A stretch of DNA of 64,000 bases, from the sequence record SRR31156797_2365; one strand, 5' to 3'. A model generated the notes under the pieces. It was not told where the DNA came from. It worked only from the letters and a program-made list of their open reading frames with translations, and made no database searches. The first letter of the stretch is position 1. Each line of letters opens with the position of its first letter. This document shows, piece by piece, positions 49,390 through 59,924 of this stretch. The translations under genes were made by a program, and so were the position numbers.

Positions 49390-50859
49390 TTATATAATAA
49401 GTGTTCTTCTTTTTAATTTGTAGTAACTGTAAGATCCATATACCCCGAACTTTTTCATTTTCCTTATTTTGTTCTGGCCCGCAACCGGATTTACCGGTAT
49501 TTCAAAAACCTGCTCCCACTTATCAGTTAGCTCCATTATAATGTTTTCATATAGTCTGTTGAAATGAATATCCCTGTATTTTCTCTTTACACTCAGCATC
49601 AGTTTCAGCAATTCTCTTGAGTTGAAGGGCGTAACATCAGTGAACCCCAGGGCTTTTACTTCAGTATAAACTCTGCCACATGTATTACCGCCTTTTTCAT
49701 CCCAAAAAAACATGTCGAGGTAATGGTAACCGAGGCGTTTAAAATATTTTCGGTTTTTGGTCAACCAACTGTTATAGACCTGAGTGGGGAATGCCTGAAG
49801 CTCATAGCGATCACCGAATAAATTGAGGTAATTGAGGTCTTCACCATTCAGGTGGTTATGGTAGCCAAAATAGTTGCGGGCAATTTCTGAAATGTTTCCA
49901 TTAATGTAGAATATACCATCTGAGGCTTTCATGCCCTTGCCAATGGCAAGTTGTCCAGTTCGTGGAAAATCCAAACTCTCGTTAAATGAAGTCCAGAAAT
50001 CGGGCCCCAATTGCGGTTCATAAGGAATAACCCTGAATGGTTTACTGAAGATATTGGTAAGCTTGCGCGGAATCGTAATATCGTGATGATTATCGCTCAT
50101 TCTGCGGGACTGAACAATCATGTACTCACATTTGAGTCCAAGGCTTGCAAGAAATAGCACACGGCTGTCGAACCCGCCGGTTACCGGTATAGCCATTTTG
50201 TTTCGTAGTGATACTGCCTTTAGACTTCCCTTGAGCCTTTCTGCCGCCATTTTGGCTGCCTGCCTCACTGGTAGCCTTTTCACTTTTTCTACCGGAAAGA
50301 AGCGCTTCACTTTTTTACTTCCGATATTGATAAAATGATTGGGCATGAGATGAAAAACATTTTCGAGGTGGGTGGTGTTGCCAACAAAAATACGATTGTC
50401 GTTAAACTGCTTAGAATTGTAAAATTCAAGCGCATCTTTATTGGAATGTGGTCGTGGAATAATGCACTTCGATATTAATCTGGGCTGTGTTCCGAAGGTT
50501 GTAAAATCATTATCATAATATATTTCAGAGAGCCCTGAAGCATCGTTAAAGATGAAAAGCCCCTCCCTGTTTTTGAATACAATTGTATATTCTCCCATGC
50601 AAGGGGCTTCCAGTTGAAATAGCTTTTCAAGCGATTCTGCCTCAAACAGGTAATCAACAACGCCCTGATTGTCTAGTTCGGGCTTCCACCATGCATAGAT
50701 CAGCCCCAACATGTAAAGACTTTGCTGTTCATTTTTGCGGCAGGCAAAGTTTAGTTCAGGATGGTGATAAAGTGTAAACTTTCCCAAAGGTGTTTTAGGC
50801 CATGGGAGGTCAAAATTGTCTTTTGAGGTTAAGAGAAACTGCTTACGAAAAAGGCTCAT
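49390..50859 (-). CDS. Asparagine-synthetase-like (PP-loop) protein of glycan loci
   Basis: NDASGLSEIYY, LMPNH, VTGGFDSR, NGNISEIAR, DMFFWDE, TPFNSR; ATGA overlap with the upstream gene. Confidence 0.6.
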   Translation of the reverse strand: MSLFRKQFLLTSKDNFDLPWPKTPLGKFTLYHHPELNFACRKNEQQSLYMLGLIYAWWKPELDNQGVVDYLFEAESLEKLFQLEAPCMGEYTIVFKNREGLFIFNDASGLSEIYYDNDFTTFGTQPRLISKCIIPRPHSNKDALEFYNSKQFNDNRIFVGNTTHLENVFHLMPNHFINIGSKKVKRFFPVEKVKRLPVRQAAKMAAERLKGSLKAVSLRNKMAIPVTGGFDSRVLFLASLGLKCEYMIVQSRRMSDNHHDITIPRKLTNIFSKPFRVIPYEPQLGPDFWTSFNESLDFPRTGQLAIGKGMKASDGIFYINGNISEIARNYFGYHNHLNGEDLNYLNLFGDRYELQAFPTQVYNSWLTKNRKYFKRLGYHYLDMFFWDEKGGNTCGRVYTEVKALGFTDVTPFNSRELLKLMLSVKRKYRDIHFNRLYENIIMELTDKWEQVFEIPVNPVAGQNKIRKMKKFGVYGSYSYYKLKRRTLII

Positions 50860-53800
50860 TTTTTCCATTTAAAGATTACTGTGTCCTGTTCTTTTAAAAC
50901 TACTTCAAAACCGGAGGCACTCATTTCATCAATCACCTGCTTCCAGCCTTTTTCGAGAATATGCGTAGAATGATGCCCTTTCCAATTGTAATTTTCGGCC
51001 GATTCGGCAATGGGTATTTCAAACAATATTGTTTCTATCCAGTCAGGAATCCAACGGATCAATAATTTAACCTCCCACCATTTGAGATGCTCGATAACGT
51101 GGGATGCAATGAGTGCATTATAATCGGCAGGTAATTGCAAGTTCCAGATGTAATCACTCAGGGGAATTAACCTATAGCGCTCATCACTGCATTTTTGGGT
51201 TGAATCATCAGAAATAAGATCATAATTGTGCCAACACGCAACATGTGGATAGCGTGACAATATTTCGCCGGCAAGATCCCCACGCCAACCACCAATTTCA
51301 ATAATCCTGGCAGGTTTCGACATGTATTTTTCGAACCACCGGATAACAAGGGGGAGTGTATAGCTTGCCTGTTCCGGATACATATGCAGCCATTCGTTTG
51401 CAGTTTTTGTAAGCGTTGCAAAGGTCATCTTATCGTAGTTCTTCCTGTAAATATCCATTCTCTTTATGGATTGCTTTCGCCATGTTTTCTCCTTTTTTTG
51501 CTTTCTGGATTGCCGGTGATTTTGCATCCTTCGCTTTAACATTCCGGATTTATAATCTTTACCTTCCAACAGAAAGCTTAACAGGTCCAGCCATGCTATC
51601 CTTCGGTTAGGGAATAATTTTATTAACCGGAACAATGCATGAAAGCCCGCTCGTTTTTTATTTATTTGAAAGCACAATCCGGTATATACCGCATGGTGCA
51701 TGTAGTAAATATCCCAATTTTGCACCAAAAACCGGTGGTGTCTTGTAAGGATTCTTCCATAACTTTCTTTTTTAAATGTTTTGTTTCGATGATGCGTAAG
51801 CTGTCCTTTTTCGTGGTGATGAACTTTAACCAATACTTCCGGAACTGTCCTAAAATTAAAGTACTTCGACAACTTGATCATAAAATCAGTATCTGAACTC
51901 ACTTTAAATGTCTCATCATGGAGTCCTGTTGTTTTTATGCAGTTTCTATGCATAGTTACACCAAACCCAATTCCAATGGCTGTAGAAACCTTTAAACCCT
52001 GAACCGGATTTATAAAGTCTGATGGCCATACGGCAGTCCGTAATTCCTCTTCACCTTTATCGGCATCTCTCACTCGTGTTATACCTGTCCACACAAATCC
52101 CGGATTGTTTGTTGCGGAGTCGAAACAATGCTTTATTTTGATCAAAGTATCATCCAGAAATTCGTCATCATCATCCAGATAGTTGATGTATTTACCGTAG
52201 GCATTTTTTAAACCGGTATTGCGTGAGCCAGCAGCCCCTTTGGGAGCTTTATGAAAAAAATATCTTATTCGCGAATCAGCATAGGATTCGATCAGTTTTC
52301 TAGTTTCGGGGTCATTTGCATCATCAACTACAATTTGCTCCCAATCCTGAAAAGACTGTTTGCGGATACTGTCAATATTTCGTTTAAGCAGATCAGCCCG
52401 CTTATTGGTTGGAGTGATGATACTAAAAGTGGGATATTGCGAATTTACGGAGTCGGGGTAGTTCTTTCTTTCAAATTGTTTTTCCAAAGCACAAAATTCC
52501 TCATAAATATGGGGAGATCCTTTATAGTATTCGCGATGATTCCTGAACGCCTGAACGATTACCGTTTCCATTTGATGAGGGTTTATTTTGCGTTTGCCTG
52601 ACCGGCTCATTGCGGGGTCATCATGGGTACGGTAATAAACCATGATTTGTTCAATTTTAAAAACATCTCTTCCTAACTCAAGAATGGATAACCAAAAATC
52701 AAAATCCTCATAGCCATAATGCATATTGATTCTGTACCCTTCAGTTCGTTCCCAATCTGATTTGCGAAAGCAGGCATTGCCATCGATGCAGTTGTTGCGA
52801 AGCATATTTTCGAAACTATACTCCGGAATTTTATAAATCCCGGTTTTTGCCCCAAAACATTCAACCTGGCTGTAAACTATTCCCACGTTTGGATGATTGT
52901 CCATAATTTTAATACATCTTTCCAGGAAGTCCGGGGCGATTTTATTATCGGCATCAAGGTTTATAATCAGATCGCCTTTAGCGTTAGTGATTGCCAGGTT
53001 ACGTGCATGGGCCGGGCCGTGGTTCAGGGTATGGATTATCCTGACTTTTTTATGATTGATCCGGTTCAGGATTTTTGCCGTATCATCCGTTGAGCCATCA
53101 TTAACAATGATCACTTCATAAAAAGGATAGGTTTGTTTGAATACGGATTGGAGCATTTCGTGAATAAAGCTTCCATGATTGTAGCAAGGAACGATCACCG
53201 AAACCCTTACAGGCAAATTAAACCGGATATGTAGCTTATACAGGGCTTTTTTTATTAAAGCCCAGCCATGTCGACTCACAAGCTCAACATGATATTTCCA
53301 ATTATCAGGCGGAGGAGGAGGGATCACCGGAACCTCTTTCACTACTTCTTTTTCAATCACCTTTTCAACTTCCCTGATTTGTGGATGATCTTTGGAAATA
53401 CGAAAATACTGCCTTGCCTCCCCGCCAAATCCTCTAACGTATTGTTCAATGCGTTCAATGTCGGAGCCACCAAAATTGAAATAATCCACTTTTGGATGGA
53501 AGTATTTTATGGCCTCCCAAAGCGCAAGGGTACCCCCACCGCTGTGGAGAAACTCCGCAATATTACCGGCCAAAAGGTAGTATGCAGATTTTTGGGTGTG
53601 AGCCACATAAACGGCTGCATGATGCTGACCACTTTTATCAGACGCCAGGAAAATTTTTCGGGAGTTATTGTTGTTTATCGCATCATCAAGCATATTAAAG
53701 TCGTCGAACTTAAACCGAAATTTGAGCCCCTGTCGCTGATAAGTCTGCTCGACCAATTGATAAAACAGATGGGCATCATCAATTAAATTGACTGTGATAT

Positions 53801-54314
53801 TGTTTTTGATTGCTTTTTTAATATCTCTTTTTTTGTTCTCATTTAAAGCATGCCAGAGATCATCAATTGATTTATTTTGAAAACCAAGTAGATAAGTATA
53901 TCGTGTGGTTTGTTGCAATCCCCTCCACCTAAAAGGCAGCCAGTCAGTGAAGTGGTGAGACGTGCAAAACTGTTCAAAATCATCCAATGGGATTTCATCG
54001 AGCAGCAAGTTGAGCCATCTGCGCTCAATGGTGGTCCTGTCATGCCCGGAGAAATCAGGTAGTGGCTTAAAGAGTGGGCCAAGTGTTCTCGTTAAAGGTG
54101 GCTCATTAATTTTGCCTGAATAATATGCCAGTGGTATTCCTGCCAAGATTTCATCGTTTTCGAAAATTGCCAGGATTTTAAAATTACCTTTTGTAACGGC
54201 ATCAAGCCACCACATATAGCAAAACACATCGCCTTGCGGGGATTGATCAACAAAAGCATCCCACAGTGGAAAATCAGCCTTTTGTAAAGTTTTTGGGGTT
54301 AACTGTTTTTTCAT
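50856..54314 (-). CDS. Multidomain fusion: GNAT + GT2 + GT2 + methyltransferase-like
   Basis: WDAFVDQSPQG...FNFGGS (GNAT); VSVIVPCYN..DGSTD..LDAD; FSIITPT..DDAND..LDDDD; IIEIGGWRGDL..SHVIEH. Confidence 0.85.
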   Translation of the reverse strand: MKKQLTPKTLQKADFPLWDAFVDQSPQGDVFCYMWWLDAVTKGNFKILAIFENDEILAGIPLAYYSGKINEPPLTRTLGPLFKPLPDFSGHDRTTIERRWLNLLLDEIPLDDFEQFCTSHHFTDWLPFRWRGLQQTTRYTYLLGFQNKSIDDLWHALNENKKRDIKKAIKNNITVNLIDDAHLFYQLVEQTYQRQGLKFRFKFDDFNMLDDAINNNNSRKIFLASDKSGQHHAAVYVAHTQKSAYYLLAGNIAEFLHSGGGTLALWEAIKYFHPKVDYFNFGGSDIERIEQYVRGFGGEARQYFRISKDHPQIREVEKVIEKEVVKEVPVIPPPPPDNWKYHVELVSRHGWALIKKALYKLHIRFNLPVRVSVIVPCYNHGSFIHEMLQSVFKQTYPFYEVIIVNDGSTDDTAKILNRINHKKVRIIHTLNHGPAHARNLAITNAKGDLIINLDADNKIAPDFLERCIKIMDNHPNVGIVYSQVECFGAKTGIYKIPEYSFENMLRNNCIDGNACFRKSDWERTEGYRINMHYGYEDFDFWLSILELGRDVFKIEQIMVYYRTHDDPAMSRSGKRKINPHQMETVIVQAFRNHREYYKGSPHIYEEFCALEKQFERKNYPDSVNSQYPTFSIITPTNKRADLLKRNIDSIRKQSFQDWEQIVVDDANDPETRKLIESYADSRIRYFFHKAPKGAAGSRNTGLKNAYGKYINYLDDDDEFLDDTLIKIKHCFDSATNNPGFVWTGITRVRDADKGEEELRTAVWPSDFINPVQGLKVSTAIGIGFGVTMHRNCIKTTGLHDETFKVSSDTDFMIKLSKYFNFRTVPEVLVKVHHHEKGQLTHHRNKTFKKESYGRILTRHHRFLVQNWDIYYMHHAVYTGLCFQINKKRAGFHALFRLIKLFPNRRIAWLDLLSFLLEGKDYKSGMLKRRMQNHRQSRKQKKEKTWRKQSIKRMDIYRKNYDKMTFATLTKTANEWLHMYPEQASYTLPLVIRWFEKYMSKPARIIEIGGWRGDLAGEILSRYPHVACWHNYDLISDDSTQKCSDERYRLIPLSDYIWNLQLPADYNALIASHVIEHLKWWEVKLLIRWIPDWIETILFEIPIAESAENYNWKGHHSTHILEKGWKQVIDEMSASGFEVVLKEQDTVIFKWKK

Positions 54315-54370
54315 CTCTTCGAATCAAATTAGTATACAATTTAAAGATACTAAGAACAAATAGTGAATTT

Positions 54371-55369
54371 TTAGCGGGTAAAAAACTGCCTAATCCTGCT
54401 GATCTTTCGCGCCAGCCGGTATGAGCCGGATTGTGTAATTGTTTCCAGGGTATTTTTCAGTTTTTCAGTTTCTTCCTGTTGTTCTTTGAACATGCCATAT
54501 CTGAGACCAATTTCAAAATCATGGCCCAATTCTGACGGGTTGAGGCTATTTATATACCTTTCGACCGAGTCAAAAATTATGGGATGATGCTGCCGGCCGC
54601 ACAGGTGCAATAAGTCCATGTAAAATCCAATGGTTGCTTTTATTTTTTCAGCATGAGAACTGCCATTCCATATCCCCTTGTCATGTTCGCGATGGATGGC
54701 CATAAAACTATTGATATATCCAATCCTTCCTTTTTTTGCATATAACAGGTGGAGTGGCCAATCCGGAAACATCAGGTTCCTGAACAAATCAGGAAACTCC
54801 TTAACAACATTACGATAAACCACAGCGCAATTGGGTATAAAGTTATTCTTTAACAAATCAAAATAGGTATATTCAGTCCGGTTCCCTAAAATGCTCCTAA
54901 GGTATTCATCATATATTTCATAGTCCGTTTGGCCATTTTTCAATATTCCCACTTTGTGAAAGCAAATGGTATGCTGCGGATTTTTTTCCAAAAATTTCAC
55001 CTGTTGCTGAAGTTTGGTCTGGTCGGCCCAAAAATCATCTCCTTCGCATATTGCAATATATCTGGCTTTTGCCAGCGGTAAAACATGTTTTGTGTAGATT
55101 TGATATATTCCAACACCTAAACTCAGCAGGTTCACAGGTTGATAAATGGGTTTAATAATTTCCGGGTATTCTTTAGTGTACGCTTCAACCAGTTCAGCAG
55201 TTCCATCTGTAGAAGAATCGTCGTGAACAATAACCTCAAAATCAAAATCAACCCTTTGATTCAGCATACCATCCAACGCATTTTCGATATAATTTTTATG
55301 GTTGTAGGTCAGGCAACAAATACTTACCAAAGGAGATTTTTCTGTCATGTTTCTTTTTACTATGCTCAA
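54371..55369 (-). CDS. GT2 glycosyltransferase
   Basis: LVSICCLTYNH, HDDSSTDGT, ICEGDDFW, KLQQQV, DWPL. Confidence 0.92.
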   Translation of the reverse strand: MSIVKRNMTEKSPLVSICCLTYNHKNYIENALDGMLNQRVDFDFEVIVHDDSSTDGTAELVEAYTKEYPEIIKPIYQPVNLLSLGVGIYQIYTKHVLPLAKARYIAICEGDDFWADQTKLQQQVKFLEKNPQHTICFHKVGILKNGQTDYEIYDEYLRSILGNRTEYTYFDLLKNNFIPNCAVVYRNVVKEFPDLFRNLMFPDWPLHLLYAKKGRIGYINSFMAIHREHDKGIWNGSSHAEKIKATIGFYMDLLHLCGRQHHPIIFDSVERYINSLNPSELGHDFEIGLRYGMFKEQQEETEKLKNTLETITQSGSYRLARKISRIRQFFTR

Positions 55370-55396
55370 AAAATGGGTTTATACTTCATGTATGTA

Positions 55397-56356
55397 TTAA
55401 CTTCTGAAAAGCATGGCCATTTTACGAAGTGGCGCTGTCAGCTTCCATGACAAAGATGCTTGAATGGAATTTAAATCGCTCATTGTCCGCATCAATTCCT
55501 CTTTTATCTGCATTAATTCCGCTGTTAATTGTTTATTTCGTTGGCACTCTTCCTTCCACTTCAATTCAATTTCATCGCATAAGTGTTGTTTATCATCTCT
55601 CTTCATCAGGTAGTCAATAAAATTAAAGTAAGCATCATCTGATAACTTATCCCTCCACTTTGCATAAACCGTTTTTCTGTTTTGCTTTATCATTTCAGTA
55701 TCGTGCTGTACGCCAGAAGTGCAGAAGTTACGATAAATGCCTGTGGTTTTATTTATGTGTACAAATTTACCATGCTGTGCTATTTGAAGAAGAAAGTCCC
55801 AGTCATCAAAAATTTTCAACGCATTATTGGGTCTGCATCCCAGTTTTAAAATCTTCGACCTGATCAACATGGCATGGATGGGAATAAAATTACCTGCCAA
55901 TAACCTTTCAAAACAAAATTCTTCATCAAAATTTCTCAGGAATTTACCATTTCCATCAACCATTTTTATGTTCGAATAGGCAACCACTGCATCGCTTTCT
56001 TTTAAGCTAAGAAAAAGATCGTTTATGTGGTTTTCATCAATCAGATCATCTTCATCCAGAAATCCGAAGTAATCTCCTTTCACTGCATCCAATCCGGCAT
56101 TTGCCGCTTCAGGAATAGATAAATGCCGGTTGTGTGAAATGATTTGTACAGGAAATTTACCGTAACGCTCATTTATTGCCAATTTGTTTTTGCCCAATGC
56201 ATCTACAACAATTATTTCAATATTGTTGTAGGTTTGACTGCCTATACAAGCAAGTGCTTCAGGCAATTCGGGACGATGTACAGTCCTAACTATCAGCGAA
56301 ACCAGCGGCCATTCCTCTTTCTTTTCATTTGGTCGCTCAATCATTGCTTTTGCCAT
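55397..56356 (-). CDS. GT2 glycosyltransferase with C-terminal coiled coil
   Basis: LVSLIVRT, ANAGLD, FLDEDD, DDWDF; C-terminal SLSWKLTAPLR. Confidence 0.9.
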   Translation of the reverse strand: MAKAMIERPNEKKEEWPLVSLIVRTVHRPELPEALACIGSQTYNNIEIIVVDALGKNKLAINERYGKFPVQIISHNRHLSIPEAANAGLDAVKGDYFGFLDEDDLIDENHINDLFLSLKESDAVVAYSNIKMVDGNGKFLRNFDEEFCFERLLAGNFIPIHAMLIRSKILKLGCRPNNALKIFDDWDFLLQIAQHGKFVHINKTTGIYRNFCTSGVQHDTEMIKQNRKTVYAKWRDKLSDDAYFNFIDYLMKRDDKQHLCDEIELKWKEECQRNKQLTAELMQIKEELMRTMSDLNSIQASLSWKLTAPLRKMAMLFRS

Positions 56357-56471
56357 TTACTTATATATTTACTGAGGAGTTCGATCTAGCATAATTAACC
56401 CTCAAACTCATTTTTTAAAAGTGAAAACATCCTTATATCCTTCATTATCAAAAAATCAACATATAATCAGG

Positions 56472-57287
56472 TTATAGTTCGTCCCCAAAATCAGGTTTAA
56501 GTTTATTAAACACCCAAAGCCCACCAAAAAAAGTAATCGACGCAATAATCCAAAAATAAGCATTCATTTCCGGGAATTCAAAAAACCACCGTTTTTCCAA
56601 AAAAGTGTAACGGTAACCCTCGGTGATATAGAAAAACGGATTCAGCAAGGCTATGTATTTGTAACTACCTTCAAGCATGGTATATGGCCATATAATTGGG
56701 GTGGCCCAGAAGAGCATGGTAACAACGATATTTACGATATGTGCCATGTCCTTGATAAAAACATTAACCGAGGCCACAAACAATGCTACCCCAGAAAGCA
56801 GAAATACCGTTACAAACAAATAATAAAAAATCTGAATCCAATATATATCGGGCGTAATACCGTAACCCAGGATAAGCAGTAAGACTGTTATGGTAATCAG
56901 GATAATATGAACCATCATTCCGGAAAAGATCTTAATGATGGGGATCATTCCCACCTGGAAGCTGGTTTTTTTGATGAGATAGGCATATTCTGTGATGGCC
57001 ATGCAGGCAACGATCATGGTCTGGCTGATATAAAGCCATGGAATAATTCCGACGATAAGCCAGGCAGCAAAGGGTAAACCGGATGCAGTTGCTCCTGCGC
57101 GCAGGCCATAGGTGAATGCAAACCAAATGACCAGGATATAAACTGCCGGCTGAATAAATGCCCAGGGCAAACCGATGAAAGATGAGAGGTAACGGCTTTT
57201 GAAATCACGGATCACCAGGGTTTTCACCAGATAACGCTGCCTGATAATTCCGGTAACGATGGTCAATAATTCTATTATACTTTTCAT
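56472..57287 (-). CDS. wzm: ABC-2 polysaccharide exporter permease
   Basis: RDFKSRYLSS, WAFIQP, FWATPIIW, LNPFFYITEGYR, FGDEL. Confidence 0.93.
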   Translation of the reverse strand: MKSIIELLTIVTGIIRQRYLVKTLVIRDFKSRYLSSFIGLPWAFIQPAVYILVIWFAFTYGLRAGATASGLPFAAWLIVGIIPWLYISQTMIVACMAITEYAYLIKKTSFQVGMIPIIKIFSGMMVHIILITITVLLLILGYGITPDIYWIQIFYYLFVTVFLLSGVALFVASVNVFIKDMAHIVNIVVTMLFWATPIIWPYTMLEGSYKYIALLNPFFYITEGYRYTFLEKRWFFEFPEMNAYFWIIASITFFGGLWVFNKLKPDFGDEL

Positions 57288-58618
57288 TGTGGTTTATATA
57301 ATTGGGATACCGGGATCGTTTTTACCCCTGCATCATTGATAATAATCCCGGCGTCCTGATTAAACAAGGGATCGGGATTGGCAACATCAAAAATGATAGC
57401 GTCGTAGCAGGAATGCAATTGGTTGTGTATTCCATTTTCAACCTGCAAAAGATGTAGTGTAAATGAATAGTTGCCGTTGCTGACCCTGGGCATGGCAAAT
57501 TCAAAAACAATGATTTGCGGTTCCCCTGCCGCAAATTCCATTTCGCCATTGAAGTGAAAGCTGCTGATGGCAAGCACCGTAGATCCAAATTGGCCGTTCA
57601 TCCTTATCATTGCACCCAGGTTTTTTACCTGACCAGTGGTTTCAACAATCATGTCCACCATAACGATTTCTCCTCCGGTCAGACTTCTCACACTCTTATT
57701 TTTTGATTTATCAACCAATGTAGCATATTTAATCCGTGCAACACCAGTGCCATTCGATTCCATCCTTTGCGTATCAATCCACTCATATTTATTGAGCGGG
57801 GCTGATTTCAAATAACCGGGAATGTCGTCCACCAATGTCCCGGCCTTTATTTCGGTGGAGGATGATTTATTGGCAAGATCGGTCTGCGACATAAAAAGCT
57901 GATACTGCTCGGTAACAATATGTGGATCCCCATCCTCCATAATCTTTCCCTCATGAAGCCAAATGGCACGGGTACAGAAATCCTTTACAGCAGCCAGGCT
58001 GTGCGTGCAGAAAATAATGGTTTTTCCGGTTGATTTAAACTCCCTGATTTTTCTGAAACATTTTTGCTGAAACCGGATATCACCAACCGCAAGTGCCTCA
58101 TCGATAATCAGGATATCCGGATCGATGTTGATATTGATAGAAAAAGCCAGCCTGATATACATCCCGCTGGAATAATTTTTAACGGGCTGGCCGGCATAAT
58201 CGCCGATTTCAGCAAAGTTGAGGATCATGTCCATTCGTTCATCCATTTCCTTCCGCGTATATCCCTGGACAGCCCCGAGAAAATAGATGTTTTCTATACC
58301 GGTAAGATCCAAATCGAAACCACCACCCAGCTCAAGCAACGCTGTAACTCTGCCATTACAACTAAATGTGCCGGAAGATGGGGTAACCACCTCTGAAAGG
58401 ATTTTAAGAATGGTGGATTTTCCACTTCCGTTCTGTCCGATCAGTCCGAGTACTTCACCCCGCTCTACCGAAAAACCAATGCTGTCGAGGGCAGTAAATT
58501 TTTTATGCCGTAACGCATGAAACGGACTGACCATCTCAACAATCCGGCTTCGCCTGGTAGGATAAAGCTTATATACCTTGGATAAGTTTTTTACTTTAAT
58601 AACTACCTCTTGGTTCAT
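57284..58618 (-). CDS. wzt: ABC polysaccharide exporter ATPase with Wzt C-terminal domain
   Basis: GQNGSGKST, YSSGMYIRLAF, IIDEALAVGD; about 190-aa C-terminal extension. Confidence 0.95.
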   Translation of the reverse strand: MNQEVVIKVKNLSKVYKLYPTRRSRIVEMVSPFHALRHKKFTALDSIGFSVERGEVLGLIGQNGSGKSTILKILSEVVTPSSGTFSCNGRVTALLELGGGFDLDLTGIENIYFLGAVQGYTRKEMDERMDMILNFAEIGDYAGQPVKNYSSGMYIRLAFSININIDPDILIIDEALAVGDIRFQQKCFRKIREFKSTGKTIIFCTHSLAAVKDFCTRAIWLHEGKIMEDGDPHIVTEQYQLFMSQTDLANKSSSTEIKAGTLVDDIPGYLKSAPLNKYEWIDTQRMESNGTGVARIKYATLVDKSKNKSVRSLTGGEIVMVDMIVETTGQVKNLGAMIRMNGQFGSTVLAISSFHFNGEMEFAAGEPQIIVFEFAMPRVSNGNYSFTLHLLQVENGIHNQLHSCYDAIIFDVANPDPLFNQDAGIIINDAGVKTIPVSQLYKPQ

Positions 58619-58730
58619 TTTAAATTTGTAATGTTATGATATGTGTGTGATTCAGGCGCCCTTTAATGATTGATATGGATACTCCAGGGTTTTTAAACAA
58701 TGGTAATTATCCATTTCACCATAGATTTCT

Positions 58731-59924
58731 TCAATCATCACCAGATGCCTCCTGTTCGTGAATGGACTTATACTCTTCATAATAATCATTGATAAGCCGT
58801 TCGGAAATTGCATGGATAACCACATCCGGGTGTTCGTTTTTGATGAGTGTGCTGTCGGGTATGCGATGCCAGATGACAACCGATTCACCAAAGCTCTGTA
58901 TAAAAAGCGGTTCCAGGTGCACGAAATACGAATCCCTGAAAACCAGAGATTTAAACTCCCGGAAATCATTCCGGAAACGAAACTCATAGTTGCTTTTAGC
59001 CACATACGCGTAGTCTTCAGGGACGGTCAACCTGTTTTCGATACGGACGGATGCTGGGTTTTTGGGTTTAACATTTACGGATGGATAAGGTGACGGATGG
59101 CTCATCACCCTGGCCAGATCATTATCTCCCGGATAGACGGTATCTGCATACACGTCATCTACCGAAAGCCTGAACAATCCGGGAATATGCTGCTGTAAAG
59201 TATCCAATAACTGGTTATAAGCAATCCAGGCACCGTGCCCGTTCCAGTGTGAATCCTGCTTGAAATACAGTTGCTTATCGCGGTGCTTTTCAAGTTCTGT
59301 CCTGCTGTCCACCACGCGGACCCCCCTCCGCCGTAACTCTTCGACCAACAGCCCGAGTGTGGTTGGCAGGTTTGATTTCCAATACAATATTTTATCCTGA
59401 TAAAAACCGGCTTTACCCTGTATGGGCATAAACACATATAAAATCCCCTGTTTTTCGCACCATGACTGTATATTTTCAATGATGTTCCCCAATGCTTCAA
59501 TTTCGTGATCCGGCAGCCGACTGAACCCCAGTAATTCTGAAAAACTTCCGTCGAAATTATCGCCTGTAAATAACCAGTCATCCCTGCCGGCCAGCACCTG
59601 GTCCGGGTAGGCCTGTGATTTTAACAGGTCTGTATTGATCGCTTTATAAACATCCAACAGTTCTTCCCTGAAGGTAAATCCGGTACGATACCAGTTGTCA
59701 AATTGCTGTAAAACACCTGGCATGTCCATTTATGTCCCTTTGATTTTACCTTTGATACCTTTGCCGTTTTTCATGTTTTCGATATGAAAAACCGGAGCAG
59801 GTTTCACAGCCACCGGTAAAACGATACCGGGTGAAATAATGTGAATAAATCTCATTCCTGCAGGTAAAAGAAATAATGATGACAAAATCAGCGAAAATAT
59901 TATTTGAAAGGTGTATTGTTTCAT
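58731..59924 (-). pseudogene. AlgX/AlgJ-like SGNH O-acetyltransferase interrupted by an in-frame TAA (59730-59732)
   Basis: 64-aa TM-bearing ORF 59730-59924 and 332-aa ORF 58731-59729 share a frame (ACA TAA ATG); catalytic part has GRDDWLF, DSHWN, FRDSY, SERL. Confidence 0.7.

Noticed and set aside
58652-59005. Alternative-frame ORF as a frameshifted C-terminus of the AlgX-like gene
   Set aside because: The main frame already ends with the expected PDVVIHAISERL motif
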